Source: Callorhinchus milii (Eukaryota). Taken from it: DNA of 64,000 nt. Location: the NCBI RefSeq assembly GCF_018977255.1, contig NW_024704743.1, forward strand, positions 35,280,001-35,344,000. Direction: 5' to 3'. How positions within the stretch are numbered: the stretch's first letter is position 1; each line of letters begins with the position of its first letter. The translations under genes were made by a program, and so were the position numbers. Shown here piece by piece: positions 24,668 through 36,455 of this stretch. Under the pieces are notes generated by a model. The model searched no databases and was not told the origin of the DNA. It was given only the letters and a program-made list of their open reading frames with translations.

Positions 24668-25075
24668 TAGCAACAAGTTGCAGTTCTATAGCACCCCTCA
24701 CTTAGGCTAGCATCCCAGAAACCTTGACAATGGCAGAGAACGACCTGAGTCGGGGGGGAGGTGACTGTAGGCACGGTTGAATAGGATGATCTTAGGGGGG
24801 ACCTCAAGATAGGGAAGGATGGGGCAAAGCGGAGCGATTGAGGGAGAGTGTTCCAGAGTTTCGGGGCATAGTGGCTGAATGTGAGGCCAACAATGGTGGA
24901 GCGAAGAACATGAGGAACAAGCAGGAGAATGGAGCCAGATGAGCAGAGGCACTGGGTAGTGGGTTTAGGAGTAAGCAGGTGGGGAGGCTGCCAGAGCATA
25001 AAGGGATTTGAAGATGAGTGTGAGGATCTTGAAATTGATCCATTCGGTGATAGGGAGCCAGTGAAGCCTGGTTTG
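24668..25075 (-). mobile_element. L2 3' fragment
   Basis: Translates ...TIVGLTFSHYAPKLWNTLPQSLRFAPSFP; tail caacaagttgc. Confidence 0.85.
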
Positions 25076-25477
25076 ATGCAAATGCAGGTTGTTGTTGGAT
25101 TGACATTGTATCTTTCAGGAAAAAGAATGAGCTGCTTTCCAAAGTTTTAAGCAGGTGTCAGATGTTTCCTGCGGCACGATAAAGGGTAATAGTTTTGTGC
25201 TTGGAACCATAAAATGAATTATTAATCTGATCATTCTGGTTTCTCATAATGGGTATCTGTTTAATTATTTCAATTTGCTGGGCCAGCAGGATCATTATTA
25301 TGTAAAAGATAGGGAAAAAATGTGCAGATGTGGGTCATGAGAATATAAAATCACTTGTAAATACAGGGTGAGTGAATATAGGCAAATCTTTTTGTGATAC
25401 ATTTATTCATATTTATTAAGGTGATGAGTGAAATTGATATAAAATGAGCATTTTCTAAATTATATTCAACAGGAATA

Positions 25478-25835
25478 GTAACTTGCATTTATATAGCACC
25501 CTTCATGCAGAGTAATGTCTTTGAGGACTTTACAGAAGTGATGCCAGAATCCGAGTGGGAGAGGGTGGGGGGAGGTGAGCATAGGCACAATGGAAAAGGA
25601 GTTTTTCAGGTAGAGTTTGAAGACATTTAGAGAATAGAAACAGAGTGGTGGAGGGGGTGGGGGGAGTTCTAGATGGTGGGGCATGGTCATCAATGGTGGG
25701 AGGGAGGGGAGAGGCAGGTTAACAAACAAGAGTTTGCTGAGCGGATGGGTTGGAGAAGATCACAGAGATAGGGAGGTGCAAGCTGTGAAGGAATTTATAA
25801 AGGATGAGGATCTTGAGGTCTATCCACAGGGAGAC
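25478..25835 (-). mobile_element. Decayed L2 3' fragment
   Basis: aacttgcatttatatagcacccttca tail and a purine-rich body. Confidence 0.7.
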
Positions 25836-26264
25836 AATGTAATCTGATTTATTGATGGTGTTTAACAGAATTTGTGTGTTAACGTTCTTCTATTAAAACA
25901 ATGCTACTGTGAAATGGATATTTCCATATTACTTGGGGTGTATTCCCTGCTTGTATTCCCTTTGTTTTCAGCGGGAAGGAAAACGGAAACAGATTCTCTA
26001 CAGAATCAAAAAGTAGATTTGTGAGTTATATGAGCTAAGTTTCTGACTTTTAATCACTTTCCAATTGGTTTTGTCGGAGGGCAGGTTGTGCATCGGATAG
26101 GGGTCATCCCTACAGGAATTCCTTATGATATCAATTTCTTGGAGAGAGCATCCAGCAACCAAGCTTGAGGAGCGTTGGTCTCCTTCCTGCATAGAGGACT
26201 ATTCAGGATCACTTACAGAACCCACAAATACATTGCTAGTACTATAATGCAAATGATCAACTGC

Positions 26265-26660
26265 TGGTTAGCTTGGCTCAGACTATATAGTACACCCGCC
26301 TCTGAGTCAGAAGGTATGTGGGTACAAGGTCCAACTTATGACATCAGCTTGACAATTTTTCAGGATAATACATAATATATATAATATAATATACGTTAGT
26401 ATAATACAGTGGAGTGTTACATTGGAAGTAGTGCAATTTTTTGAATAAGACATTAAACTAAGGTAGGTGGACGTTAAGGATCACTGTTTCAAAAAAGAAG
26501 GCAGTTTTCTCCCAGTACTATGACCAACAATCCTCAAGATAAATTAGGTAATTTTGTGTCACCTTGCCAGCATAAATGTCTGCTGCATTTACTCACAGTA
26601 ACAATTAATTCAGTAGTCAATAATTACTTGTGAAGTGTTTTGAGACACTTCAGTGTGCTA
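26265..26660 (+). mobile_element. Deu-domain SINE (decayed)
   Basis: gcttggctcag...cgcctctgagtcagaagg head; ggtggacgttaaggatc core. Confidence 0.7.
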
Positions 26661-26894
26661 AGGTGTTATAAATACGTTCTGTATCAGGGCCTGGCTAAGA
26701 ACTAGTTAAACTCATTCAAGAAGGTAATTGAATTTGATAAAGCTGGAACTATAAGTCCAGCATATTATCACTGGAGGTGTCTTGATATTTCATATTTACT
26801 TGTTATAAATGTTGTCATTACTCAACAAACTGAATTTTCCATCAAGTTTGATAATTGTCAATCTCCTAAGCGCGTCGACTCTACTCATAACAAA

Positions 26895-27537
26895 GTGTAT
26901 TAGCCTGGCTCAGTGGTTGCATTCTCATCTCTGAGTCAGAAGGTTGTGGGTTCAAGCCCCACGTTGGGACTTGAAATCACAGTGTCTAAGCTGACGCTCC
27001 ATTGCAGTGCCAGGGTATGCTGCATTGTTGGAGGTTCCGTCCTTCGGAGGAGACGTTAAACCGAGTCCTGTTCAGGTGGACTTTATAGACTTTAAACATC
27101 CCACTGTTTCAAAAGAGAAGGGAGTTTCTCCCAGTGTCCTGGCCAACAATCCTCTAAATCAGGGTGGTTCAACTGGCGTCCCATGGGCCAGCAATTTCAT
27201 CTGCCCTCCCCCCCTCCTCCATTTCATTTGGCCCATCCGCTCCCCTTCATAATCTGTAAATGTTATATTATGTTTCTGGAACGGAAACACAAAAATAATG
27301 CTTATGTGGCCCATGGACGTTTCTCAAATTGGACATCTGGCCCTTAGCAGCCAAAAGGTTGGACCGCATAAAATTGGTCACTCACTCCATGGTTGTTTGT
27401 TGGTCATTGCTGAGCGCACTGCATTTAGCATGCAGAATACAATCAATCCACTTTACAGCATATCTTGTGAAGCGCTTTGAGATGTATCGATGACACGATA
27501 AGGCGCTATATCAAATGCAAGGATTATTATTACTATT
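26895..27537 (+). mobile_element. Deu-domain SINE, near full length, interrupted at about 27160-27367
   Basis: gcctggctcagtggttgc...tctgagtcagaaggttgtgggttcaagcccc head, Deu core and ggattattatt tail. Confidence 0.88.
27160..27367. mobile_element. hAT-like MITE nested in the Deu SINE
   Basis: Begins cagggtggttcaac and ends gttggaccgc (degenerate CAGGG..CCAAC terminal repeats); contains several internal GGCCC/GGGCC motifs typical of hAT-Charlie-type MITEs. Confidence 0.55.
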
Positions 27538-27979
27538 ATAATGCTCACAGAGATTTTACACCCTTGTTTCTTGGACACATTACTGTGTAATCATTAGCCA
27601 TGTATTATTTAATTTCATTTCTCAGCTGCCTTTTGTGTTATTGATGGATTATTTTGGATTTTCCGTAATATTAAACTGCATTGTCAAGAATTTTTAATTA
27701 TACTTTAACCTTTTCTGCTAAATTATAACAAAGGCAGACATGAGAATATCTAAAGTTAGATTTAGAACAGCTATTGCTAGGATCCAACTGAACTGTGGTT
27801 TCTGGCTTTTTAATAGGGAAGAAAATACGGAAATACATTTCTTTGACAATGCTAGAAACCTTATAGAAACATCTTTATATATATGTACATACACAAACAC
27901 TGTAACATTTTACATATCTCCCCTGAGATTCACTCTAGGTTGCATGTATATATCTCACAAGCTGCTCTCACTCACAGTA

Positions 27980-28100
27980 ATTTGCAGGGGAGTGGGGAAA
28001 TGTCAGGTAAATGGGACTGAATGAATTGTTCTTTCAAAGTCAGCACAGCTACAATGAGCTGAATTGCCTTCTTCTGTGCTGTAAATTTCCCTGGTTCTAT
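27980..28100 (+). mobile_element. CR1 3' UTR remnant
   Basis: gggactgaatgaattgttctttcaaagtcagcacagctacaatgagctgaattgccttcttctgtgctgtaaatttc...ttctatg. Confidence 0.55.
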
Positions 28101-28977
28101 GAGTATAAGAGGTAAACTGGGCCACTTCATAGTTAGGAAAAATTAGGTGAGATTAACTAGTTAGAGGATATATTTGGAGCTTTTGTTCCTTCCAGCAATT
28201 GAAAACAAGATTCAGACATACTTAAACAAAAATATATTCTCAATATGTCTAACTTAGATCCATCATGTCTCCACTTTAGGAGAGAGCAAATACCTCATTC
28301 AGCCTTTCAAGTGAAATGTTATGATTTACATTGACAGCTGCATTATATAATGTATAAATTATACAGCACAATATAATGCTTACGTCAAGGCAGCAAGTCT
28401 CAGAGTCATGTGGGTCAATGAATTTAACCCTTTTCAGTGTTGAGCGTTCTGTGCAGTTTTCAACACGTACATTTTCTTTCATACTATTTGGTAATAATAT
28501 TCTTCTAAAAGAATGAATCTCGGAAAGAAAGAAATAATGGCTTCTCTGGAATTATAAGAAAGGGAAATTGAGAGTTGTTGATATTGCCAGGGAGAGGCAC
28601 TAGTTCTGCAAATTTCTAGTTCCATAAATGTTAAGTATATATAAATGTAAGTGTGTCTACAGATACACACTCAATCAATATACTTTACAGAAAACGATTT
28701 CACAGCAGCTTGTCTAGATTGAGGCCATTTTCATGGGGTAGTGTCCTGCTAAGCAGTTCCTTGTTGGAGCGTAAATGGTGGTAAGATTGGCATTCCTCCG
28801 GGGGAGATGGGTCAGAGGGGGGAGGTGAATAGGGTCTCCTTGGAGCTGTGAGTTCTTGTTGGATTGGTTCTTGAGCATAGGGGATCCGTAATCCTACAGA
28901 GTACTGATGATAGTGGTCTTGGATAGGACACAGTCAACTGAACAGTTTAGGTACAAGAGTTAAAGATGTTTGTGTTT

Positions 28978-30240
28978 AACAACAACAACAAAATTACATT
29001 TGTATAGTACCTTTCACATTGGGAGGCCATCCCAAGGCCCTGGACAATCATTGTTTTGGACCCGAGCCGGGGGTCGGGATCGGAGAGGGTGGAGTATAAG
29101 GGGAGAAGGAGGGTGATCAAAGGTACAGTCGAAGAGGAGAGTCTTGAGACGGGTCTTGAAGGAGGCAAGGGAGGGAGCGAGGCAGAGGGACTGCGGGATG
29201 GAGTTCCAGAGGGTGGAGGCAGAGTGGCTGAAGGCCCGCCCGCCAATGGTGGGGTAGGCATGGGATGTGAAGTAGGCCAGAGCCCACCTGAGCGAAGGGA
29301 ACAGGCAGGTTAGTTGGGGGTTAGGAGGTCACTGAGGTAGGCGGGAGCGAGGCCATGGAGGGCTTTGAAGGTGAGGACCAGGATCTTGACTGTATCCTCT
29401 GTGTGATGGGAAGCCAGTGGAGTCGGGCGAGGATGGGGGTGATAGGGTCACGGAGCCTAGTGCGGGAGAGGACATGGGCTGCAGAGTTCTGGATGATCTA
29501 CAGCCTATGGAGGGAGGAGTTGGAGAGGCTGACAAGCAAGGAGTTTGCATAGTTGAGCCTCGATGTTATGAATGCGTGTATGAGGGTCTCAGCTGACTGC
29601 GGTGTGAGACAGTGGCGGAGCTGAGGGATGTAGCAGAAGTGGGGGAAGGCAGAGCGGGTCATGGTGCAGATGTGGGGTAGAAAGGAGAGTTGAGGGTCAA
29701 CCAAGACTCCAAGGTTCCGGACTGGCTTAGTAAGGTGGAATGTGCATCCATGGATGGTGATGCTGTCAGTGCCTTAGGTGTGGAGGAGCTAACGGGAACT
29801 AATCAGGAGAGCCTCAGTAGTGTTGACGTTCAAAAGTAGAAAGTTAGCTCTCATCCAGGACTTGATGTCTGACAGACATTCTGTCATCTGCATACCTGTG
29901 GAAGTAGACCCCATGTCTATGGATGATGTCACCAAGAGGGAGCATATAGATATCGAAGAGGAGGCGACCAAGGACAGAGCCCTGAGGAACACCCCACCAA
30001 GATGATGCGGGGGTTAGAGAAAAAAACGTTTGTGGCGATGAAGTGGAGACGGTGTGAGAGGTAGGATCTGAACCAGTTAAGGACAGAACTATGAAGGTTG
30101 AGGTGAGAGGAAAGACTGTGGATGAGGATAAAGTGGTCAATGGTATAGAAGGCAGCAGATAGGTCGAGGAGGCAGTGAGAGTCCTGGCTGCAGATGGAGT
30201 CATTTGTCACTTTGACCAAAGCTGTTTCTGTGTTGCATAG
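28978..30240 (-). mobile_element. L2 LINE 3' ~1.25 kb (RT domain to tail), disrupted
   Basis: Peptides [40 protein letters not shown] and [11 protein letters not shown]; (AAC)n tail. Confidence 0.95.
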
Positions 30241-32100
30241 AGTTAATCTCACCAGAAAGACCATTTTTAAAACTAAATCATTAAAAATTATAATGGCTGA
30301 TTTTAACATCTCTTTATTTTTGGATTTTTATCCATGGTTACACTGAGTGCTGGTGATAGAGAGAGAGAGAGTTATCTTGGAGGAGATATTGAGGTCACTG
30401 CTGTGAATTGGCAAATCCAGGCATGGTCATTAAGCCAATTTAATTCAGCGAGTGTTACTTTAATTGTATGCGTTAATTCAACTCCCTCTTAATGTTGGGT
30501 TCAGTCGAGCCTATCCGGCTTGTTCTTCTGCTAACACTATTCACGGTTTAAACAACAATTAAAAACAAATTCAGAAGAGAAACAAAAGGTTGTTAACATC
30601 AATTACAATTAATTTTAACTGAATTTTAAAAAGGAAATGATAGGAGGGACTCCCAGTTTAAAAAGGGGAGCTGTTTTCTAATTTAGCTAATGGATTGTTT
30701 CGAAGCTCACAGATAACGTTTATAAAAAAAAACCTGCAGCGGTAATGATTCTGTTGATTAGTCATACAAGGGGTGAAGGATTTGCAACAGAGTTTCTCTC
30801 ACTGCTGTCATTTGGATGAAAACCAAACGAATTTTGCAGGAAGGATTGAATTTCTTTACTAGTGGGAGAGAGAAAGTGGCATTAAAGACAACAATAACTT
30901 TTATTTATATAGCTTCCTTCACACAGGGTAGCTTCTCGGAGCACATAAGACTTAAGAACTTTGGAAATACTCTAATGATATTTAGAATTGGAGAAAATAA
31001 TGGATGAACTGTAGTAGGCTACAGAATAGATACCAACAAATTGATAGATTTGAAGATGTATTTGCAACAATATGGAACTTTGGCTTGTGATCGAGACAGA
31101 TCAAAGGCTGTGGTTATAGGGTGATATTTGCAGATGTTGGTCAGGTGGCATCAGGTCCACTGTTTGTTTGTAATGAGAACTAACTATATTTAGGAAAGGA
31201 TACAGTTAAAGTGTCAACAATGTTGAAGTGGAAGATGGAGAGAGAATTGAAGAAGCTTTTATGGTTTATGTGTTTCAGCTAGGGCGTCACTGCCTTTATT
31301 TGGTGTGTAAACCCACTGGCTTCAATGAACTCTGTTGCTCTCCATGGCTAATGCAGGCAGTCATTCAAGACCCAGCATTCCCCTGAATGAGATTGTCAGA
31401 AAATAGAGGGAAAGAAATACATTCCACAAGGTCCCCAGGCTATAACGGTGACTCTTGACAAAAAGGCCATTAAAACTGAGCTCCGAGCTTAAGAAAATAG
31501 TAAATAAAGTATTGCGCAGACTGGAAATTGATGCATCGATTACCACCCAGAACAGATCCAGCCAGTCAAGCTCTATAAAAGCAATGTTTTTTTTAAAAAA
31601 TCTACGAAATACTGTAATAGTCTATTTCGGACTGTTTAAAATGGTAATTGCAAATTTCAGACTGCTTACATTATGGAGTGAATTTTCCAGCATCAGTGGC
31701 AACACAAGGAACCACTGTCAAACACAGGTTCATGTTTCCATGATTGTTTGGAGTCAAGGCTTTTGTCTATCAGCTATAAGCTATTACCTGTCCCAATCCT
31801 GTACCAACTAGGCAATAACGTGGAATAGTTTTGATTGAGCTCCATGGGTGAGCTGGAGCCTGGATGAGGAGACCAAATGATGTGGCGACATGTAGTGTAG
31901 TGGTTATCGCGCTCGCCTTGCAAGCGAAAGGACCTGGATTTTATTCTTGGGTGGGGAGAAACTTTAGGCAAGTTTCCTTACATCTCTGTTTACCTAGCAG
32001 TAAGTTCAGTAAATAGGAACCTGGTTGTTAGTCAATACTTTCCAGGGGTAATAATCCCTCCTCTCAAAAAACTATTGGTCACTCAATCCACGACTGTTTG

Positions 32101-32609
32101 AACATAAGAACATAAGAATTAGGAGCAGGAGTTGGCCATTCATCCCCTCGAGCCTGCCCCTCCATTCAATAAGATCATGGCTGATCTATTCTAACTCCAC
32201 CTACCCACCTTATCCCCATATCCCTTAATCTCTTTATTCACAAGAAATCTATCAATCTCAGTATTGAATATGTTCAAGGACTGAGCATCTACAGCCCTTT
32301 GGGGTAGAGAATTCCATAAATTCACTATCCTCTGAGTGAAGAAGTTTTTCCTCAACTCAGTGCAAAAGGGCTTACCCCTAATTTTAAGACTGTGACCCCT
32401 GGTTATAGTTTCTCCAACCAGGGGAAAAGTCTCCCACTCTCTATTCTATCGTGCCCCTTAATAATCTTATAGGTTTCTCTTAGATCACCTCTCATTCTTC
32501 TACATTCTAGAGAATGTAGTTCCAAATTGCTCAACCTATCCTCATAACTCATCCCCCTCATCCCAGGTACTAACCTAGTGAATCTACGTTGTACCCCCTC
32601 CAAGGCAAG
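32101..32609 (-). mobile_element. CR1 LINE 3' end (chondrichthyan HER1-like)
   Basis: Tandem aacataag tail repeat; ORF LALEGVQRRFTRLVPGMRGMSYEDRLSNLELHSLECRRMRGDLRETYKIIKG is a canonical CR1 ORF2 C-terminus. Confidence 0.93.
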
Positions 32610-32923
32610 TAATAATAATAATCCTTGCATTTGATATAGCGCTTTTCACGTCGGGAGGACGTCCCAAAGCGCTTCACAGAACACACTGTAAAGTGAATTG
32701 ACTATATTTGTGGGCGAACGCGGCAGCCAATTGCGCACAGCAATGTCCCACAAACAGTCGTAGATTGAAAATGACCAATTTATTATTGTTTTGTTTTGGA
32801 GGGATTATTATTAGGCTCGTGTGGAGTAAGGAAACTTGCCCAAGGTTTCGCCCTCTGCCTGGAATTGAACTCAGGTCTCTCACTTGCAAAACGAGTGCTC
32901 TAACCACTGAGCTACAGGACTCC
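32610..32923 (-). mobile_element. tRNA-Ala SINE, short subfamily with L2-identical tail, full length
   Basis: Near-identical reverse complement of 11399-11721. Confidence 0.92.
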
Positions 32924-33819
32924 ACAAAATACACAGTCAATCCACTTTACAGTATATTCTGTGAAGCGCTTTGAGACATCTCAATGACGTAGTAAGGCGC
33001 TATATCAAATGCAAGGATTATTATTATGTCCGGGTGCCATCAACAGGAAGGACCCTTTAGCTTGCTATCTCTAGGGCTGAGCAGAAGAAGCAAAGCTTAG
33101 AGTTATTACTCCACGCCTCCTCTGATGGCAATATGGCTTTTATCTTGTGGCAGTGCATGTATAAGGTAAACACTGCACCAGTGCTGCACTGAATTTACTA
33201 TCTTTACCGGAAGTTTGTTTTGAGTATTGCCTACAAAAACACAGTCAATCCACTTTACGCTTTGTGAAGCGCTTTGAGACGTCCTTTCAATGTGATAAGG
33301 CGCTGTAATAATACAAATGCAAGGATTATTATTGTTATTACATTCTGTAAGGGACACCACAGTCATATGCGTTTTGAATTGCTAATTTGGTGAGAAGCTG
33401 CAATGGTTCTGCCATGTCAGTTCCCTGCTGATGGCTGACTTCTGCTGGAGCTGAAAGCTGATAGATTGTCTTTGTTAGGGATTTGTGACTGGTTCAGAAC
33501 TTGTTAGTGCTGCACATTGAGAACTTGGTACCCAGGGAATTTACACCTGAATTCTGAATCAGTCATAATATACTAAATAAAGACATCCATCAGACAAATC
33601 ATACCTCAAACTACAGGCAAGTGACATAATGATTATATATGCTTTTTGCTGTTCAGCATTATTCCATGCTAAAATACTGAGGCTTAAATGTGAAGGGACA
33701 TCTAAGGGAACTTTCTACAGCTTTATTAGAAGAAAATTTAATTATTAACATATTTTTACCAAGTTGTGAAAATTCCAGAGATCCACTGTTAGGAGCTTTC
33801 ATGGGCCGCTCCGGTTGGA

Positions 33820-34383
33820 TCCACCCTTCAGGTGAGATGTTAAGCTGAGTCTGCCTGTCTAGATGGATGTTAAAGATCCCAAGAAAGAAGAATATATTGA
33901 AGAAGAGCAGAGTGTACTTCCAGTGTCCTGGCCGAAGTTCCTAACACCAAGTTCAGTTGTTATCACTCTCACCTCTGAGTTAGAAGATTGTTGGTTCAAG
34001 TCCCTTATTAGAACTTTGAGCGCGTAGCTCGAGGCTAACGTTCCAGTTCAGTGCTTGGGGTGTGCTGCAGTGTAGCAGATGCTGTCTTTCAGATGAGACA
34101 ATAAACCGAGTTCTCGTCTGCCTGTTCAGATGAACATTAAAGATCCTACCGGGTTATTCAAAAAGGGAAGAGTTTCTACTGGCGTCATGGCCATCAATTC
34201 TACAAATATAAAAATAGTTATTCATTTCTTTGACTGTTTGTGGCTTCCTGCTGTGCGCAAATTGGCTACTCTGAATAATTCACTTTCAAATATTCAGTCA
34301 ATACACTTCACAAAAAAAGTGAAGCGTTTTGAGATATTTCAACATGATGAGGTGCTATATCAAATATAACGATTATTATTATT
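33820..34383 (+). mobile_element. Two Deu-domain SINE segments (a fragment at about 33820-33950 and a near-complete copy)
   Basis: The gatgttaaagatcc core occurs twice; tail gattattatt. Confidence 0.8.
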
Positions 34384-34666
34384 GATCATTAGATCGGCTG
34401 CAAATATTTTTACAGATGAGAAAGAGCTGAGTGCATCGTAGAACAGCTCCATCCATTTATTTGGAGATCAGTATAATTGGTTCAATGTAGGAACCATCTA
34501 GGCTCGGAGGCCATGTTATCGATGACATTACTGCAGTATCCAGACTCCACTGTCTTTTTGGATCTGCTCCCAGAAAGTTCAAAGTACTAATATATTTATA
34601 CTCACAAGGTACTAATATATTTATATTGTACTAAGATCTTTATACAGTATACTAATATCCACTTTA

Positions 34667-35755
34667 CAATAACAACAACAAAATTACATGTGTAAAGCGC
34701 CTTTCACGTTGGGAGGACATCCCAAGGCGCTGAACAGTCGGAGATCAGGACCCGAGTGTGAAGTGAGATGAGGGAGCGCAGAGAGTTAGGAGGGCGGCTG
34801 AAGGCACGGTCGAAAAGGAGGGGCTTGAGTCGTGCCTTGAAGGAAGCAAGGGAGGGAGCAAGGCAAAGGGATTGTGGGATGCAGTTCGAAAGGTCATGAC
34901 CCAACTGTGCAGCGCCTTGGGACGTCCTCCTGACGTGAAAGCCGCTTTATAAATGGAATCTTGTTGTTGTTGTTGTTGAAAGGGTGAGGGCAGAGAGGCT
35001 GAAAGCCCGGCCGCCGATGGTAGGGTAGGTCGGGCGGGAGACATGGAACAGGCTGGAGACTGGTGAACGGAGGGAGCAGACAGGTTGATAGTGGGTTAGC
35101 AGGTCAGCGATGTAGGAGGGGCAAGGCTGTGGAGGGCCTTGAAAGTGAAGATGAGGATTTTGAATTCTATCATCTGAGGGGTGGGGAGCCAGTGGAGCTG
35201 GGTGAGGGTGATAGGGTCACGGAGCCTGGTGCGCGAGAGGACAGAATTCTGGATGATCTGCAGCTTGTGGAGGGAAGACTTGGGGAGGCCAACAAGGAGG
35301 GAGTTTCCATAGTTGAGCTTGAGGTGATGAATGCATGGATGAGGGTTTCGGTGGCCTGAAGGGTGAGGCAATGGCAGAGTCGGGCGATGTTGCGGAGGTG
35401 GGGGAAGGCAGAGCAGATCATCGCATGGTTACTGGAGAAAAAAGACAGTTGAGGGTCGAACAAGACGCCCAGGTTCCTGATTGGCTTGGTGAGGGTGAGA
35501 AGCGCTCTGAGACGCCGTCCGGCGTGGAGGGCGCTATATAAATTCAAGTTGTTGTTGTTGTGAGGTGGAATGTGCATCCGTGAATGCTGATGTTGCCAGT
35601 GCCTGAGGTATATAGATGTTGAAGAGGAGGGGACCAAGGACAGAGCCCTGAGGAACACTGCACAAGACTGTGTGGGAGCTGGAAGAAAAACCGCTGTCGG
35701 GAGACAAATTGGAGATGGTGTGAAGATAAGACCTGAACCATTCAGTAGAAGGACA
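34667..35755 (-). mobile_element. L2 LINE 3' portion carrying two short nested L2-tail insertions
   Basis: Peptides [35 protein letters not shown] and FKARLKPLLFDRAF. Confidence 0.92.
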
Positions 35756-36152
35756 ATTTCGGCAGATATACAATATATTTTATGAAGCGCTTTGAGACCT
35801 CTCATCGATGTAATAAGGCGCTATATCAAAGGCAAGGATTATCATTATTTTTTACCTGTGAGGTGCATTTCATAGGGAGCTCAATGCAAAAATATATACA
35901 GCACCAAATTCTTTTTTAAAAAATTACAGCTATAATTCACCTAATTCTGTCAAAAGAAATAGGAATAGTTTTCTTCCACATTTGAAGACTTGGAGATAAT
36001 TGATGATCATTGGAGTAAAATGAAATAAATGAAGAGCAGTAAAATTGAAAGAGACTGTACAAATTTGAATCTTACCAGTAAGATGTCTGTAGTTTGTGTT
36101 CGTGAAGGACCATATATTGTAATAAGTTACCAAGTATAAGTGAGACAATGGG

Positions 36153-36455
36153 GTCCTTACTCCATACGCCTCTATTTATCTAGCAGTAAGTTGGAACCTA
36201 GTTGTTAATCGATTGGCGGATCGCTTTTCCATGGATAATAAGCCCTTCAAAATTAAAATATATATTTTTTAAAAATGTGGTCACTCAATCCACAACTGTT
36301 TGTAGGACACTGCTGTGTGCAATTGGCTGCTGCGCTTTGCCTACAAAATATACAGTAAATTCACTTTACAGTATTTTCTGTGAAGCGCTTTGAGATGTCT
36401 AGAAGATGTGATAAGGCGCTATATCAAATGCAAAGATTATTTTTTATTTATTATT
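36153..36455 (+). mobile_element. tRNA-Ala SINE, long subfamily, 5'-truncated
   Basis: ccttactccatacgcctctatttatctagcagtaagttggaacc...ctatatcaaatgcaaagattatt. Confidence 0.85.

Larger units (their letters stand above)
31883..33027 (+). mobile_element. tRNA-Ala SINE (long subfamily) split by nested insertions; pieces at about 31883-32100 and 32924-33027
   Basis: Head gtagtgtagtggttatcgcgctcgccttgcaagcga; the body stops at gactgtttg and resumes at acaaaatacacagtcaatccactttacag. Confidence 0.8.

Noticed and set aside
34584..34660. Repeated gtactaatatatttata units with short spacers
   Set aside because: Only 2-4 degenerate AT-rich units with irregular spacing in a eukaryotic intron; a minisatellite-like slippage product.
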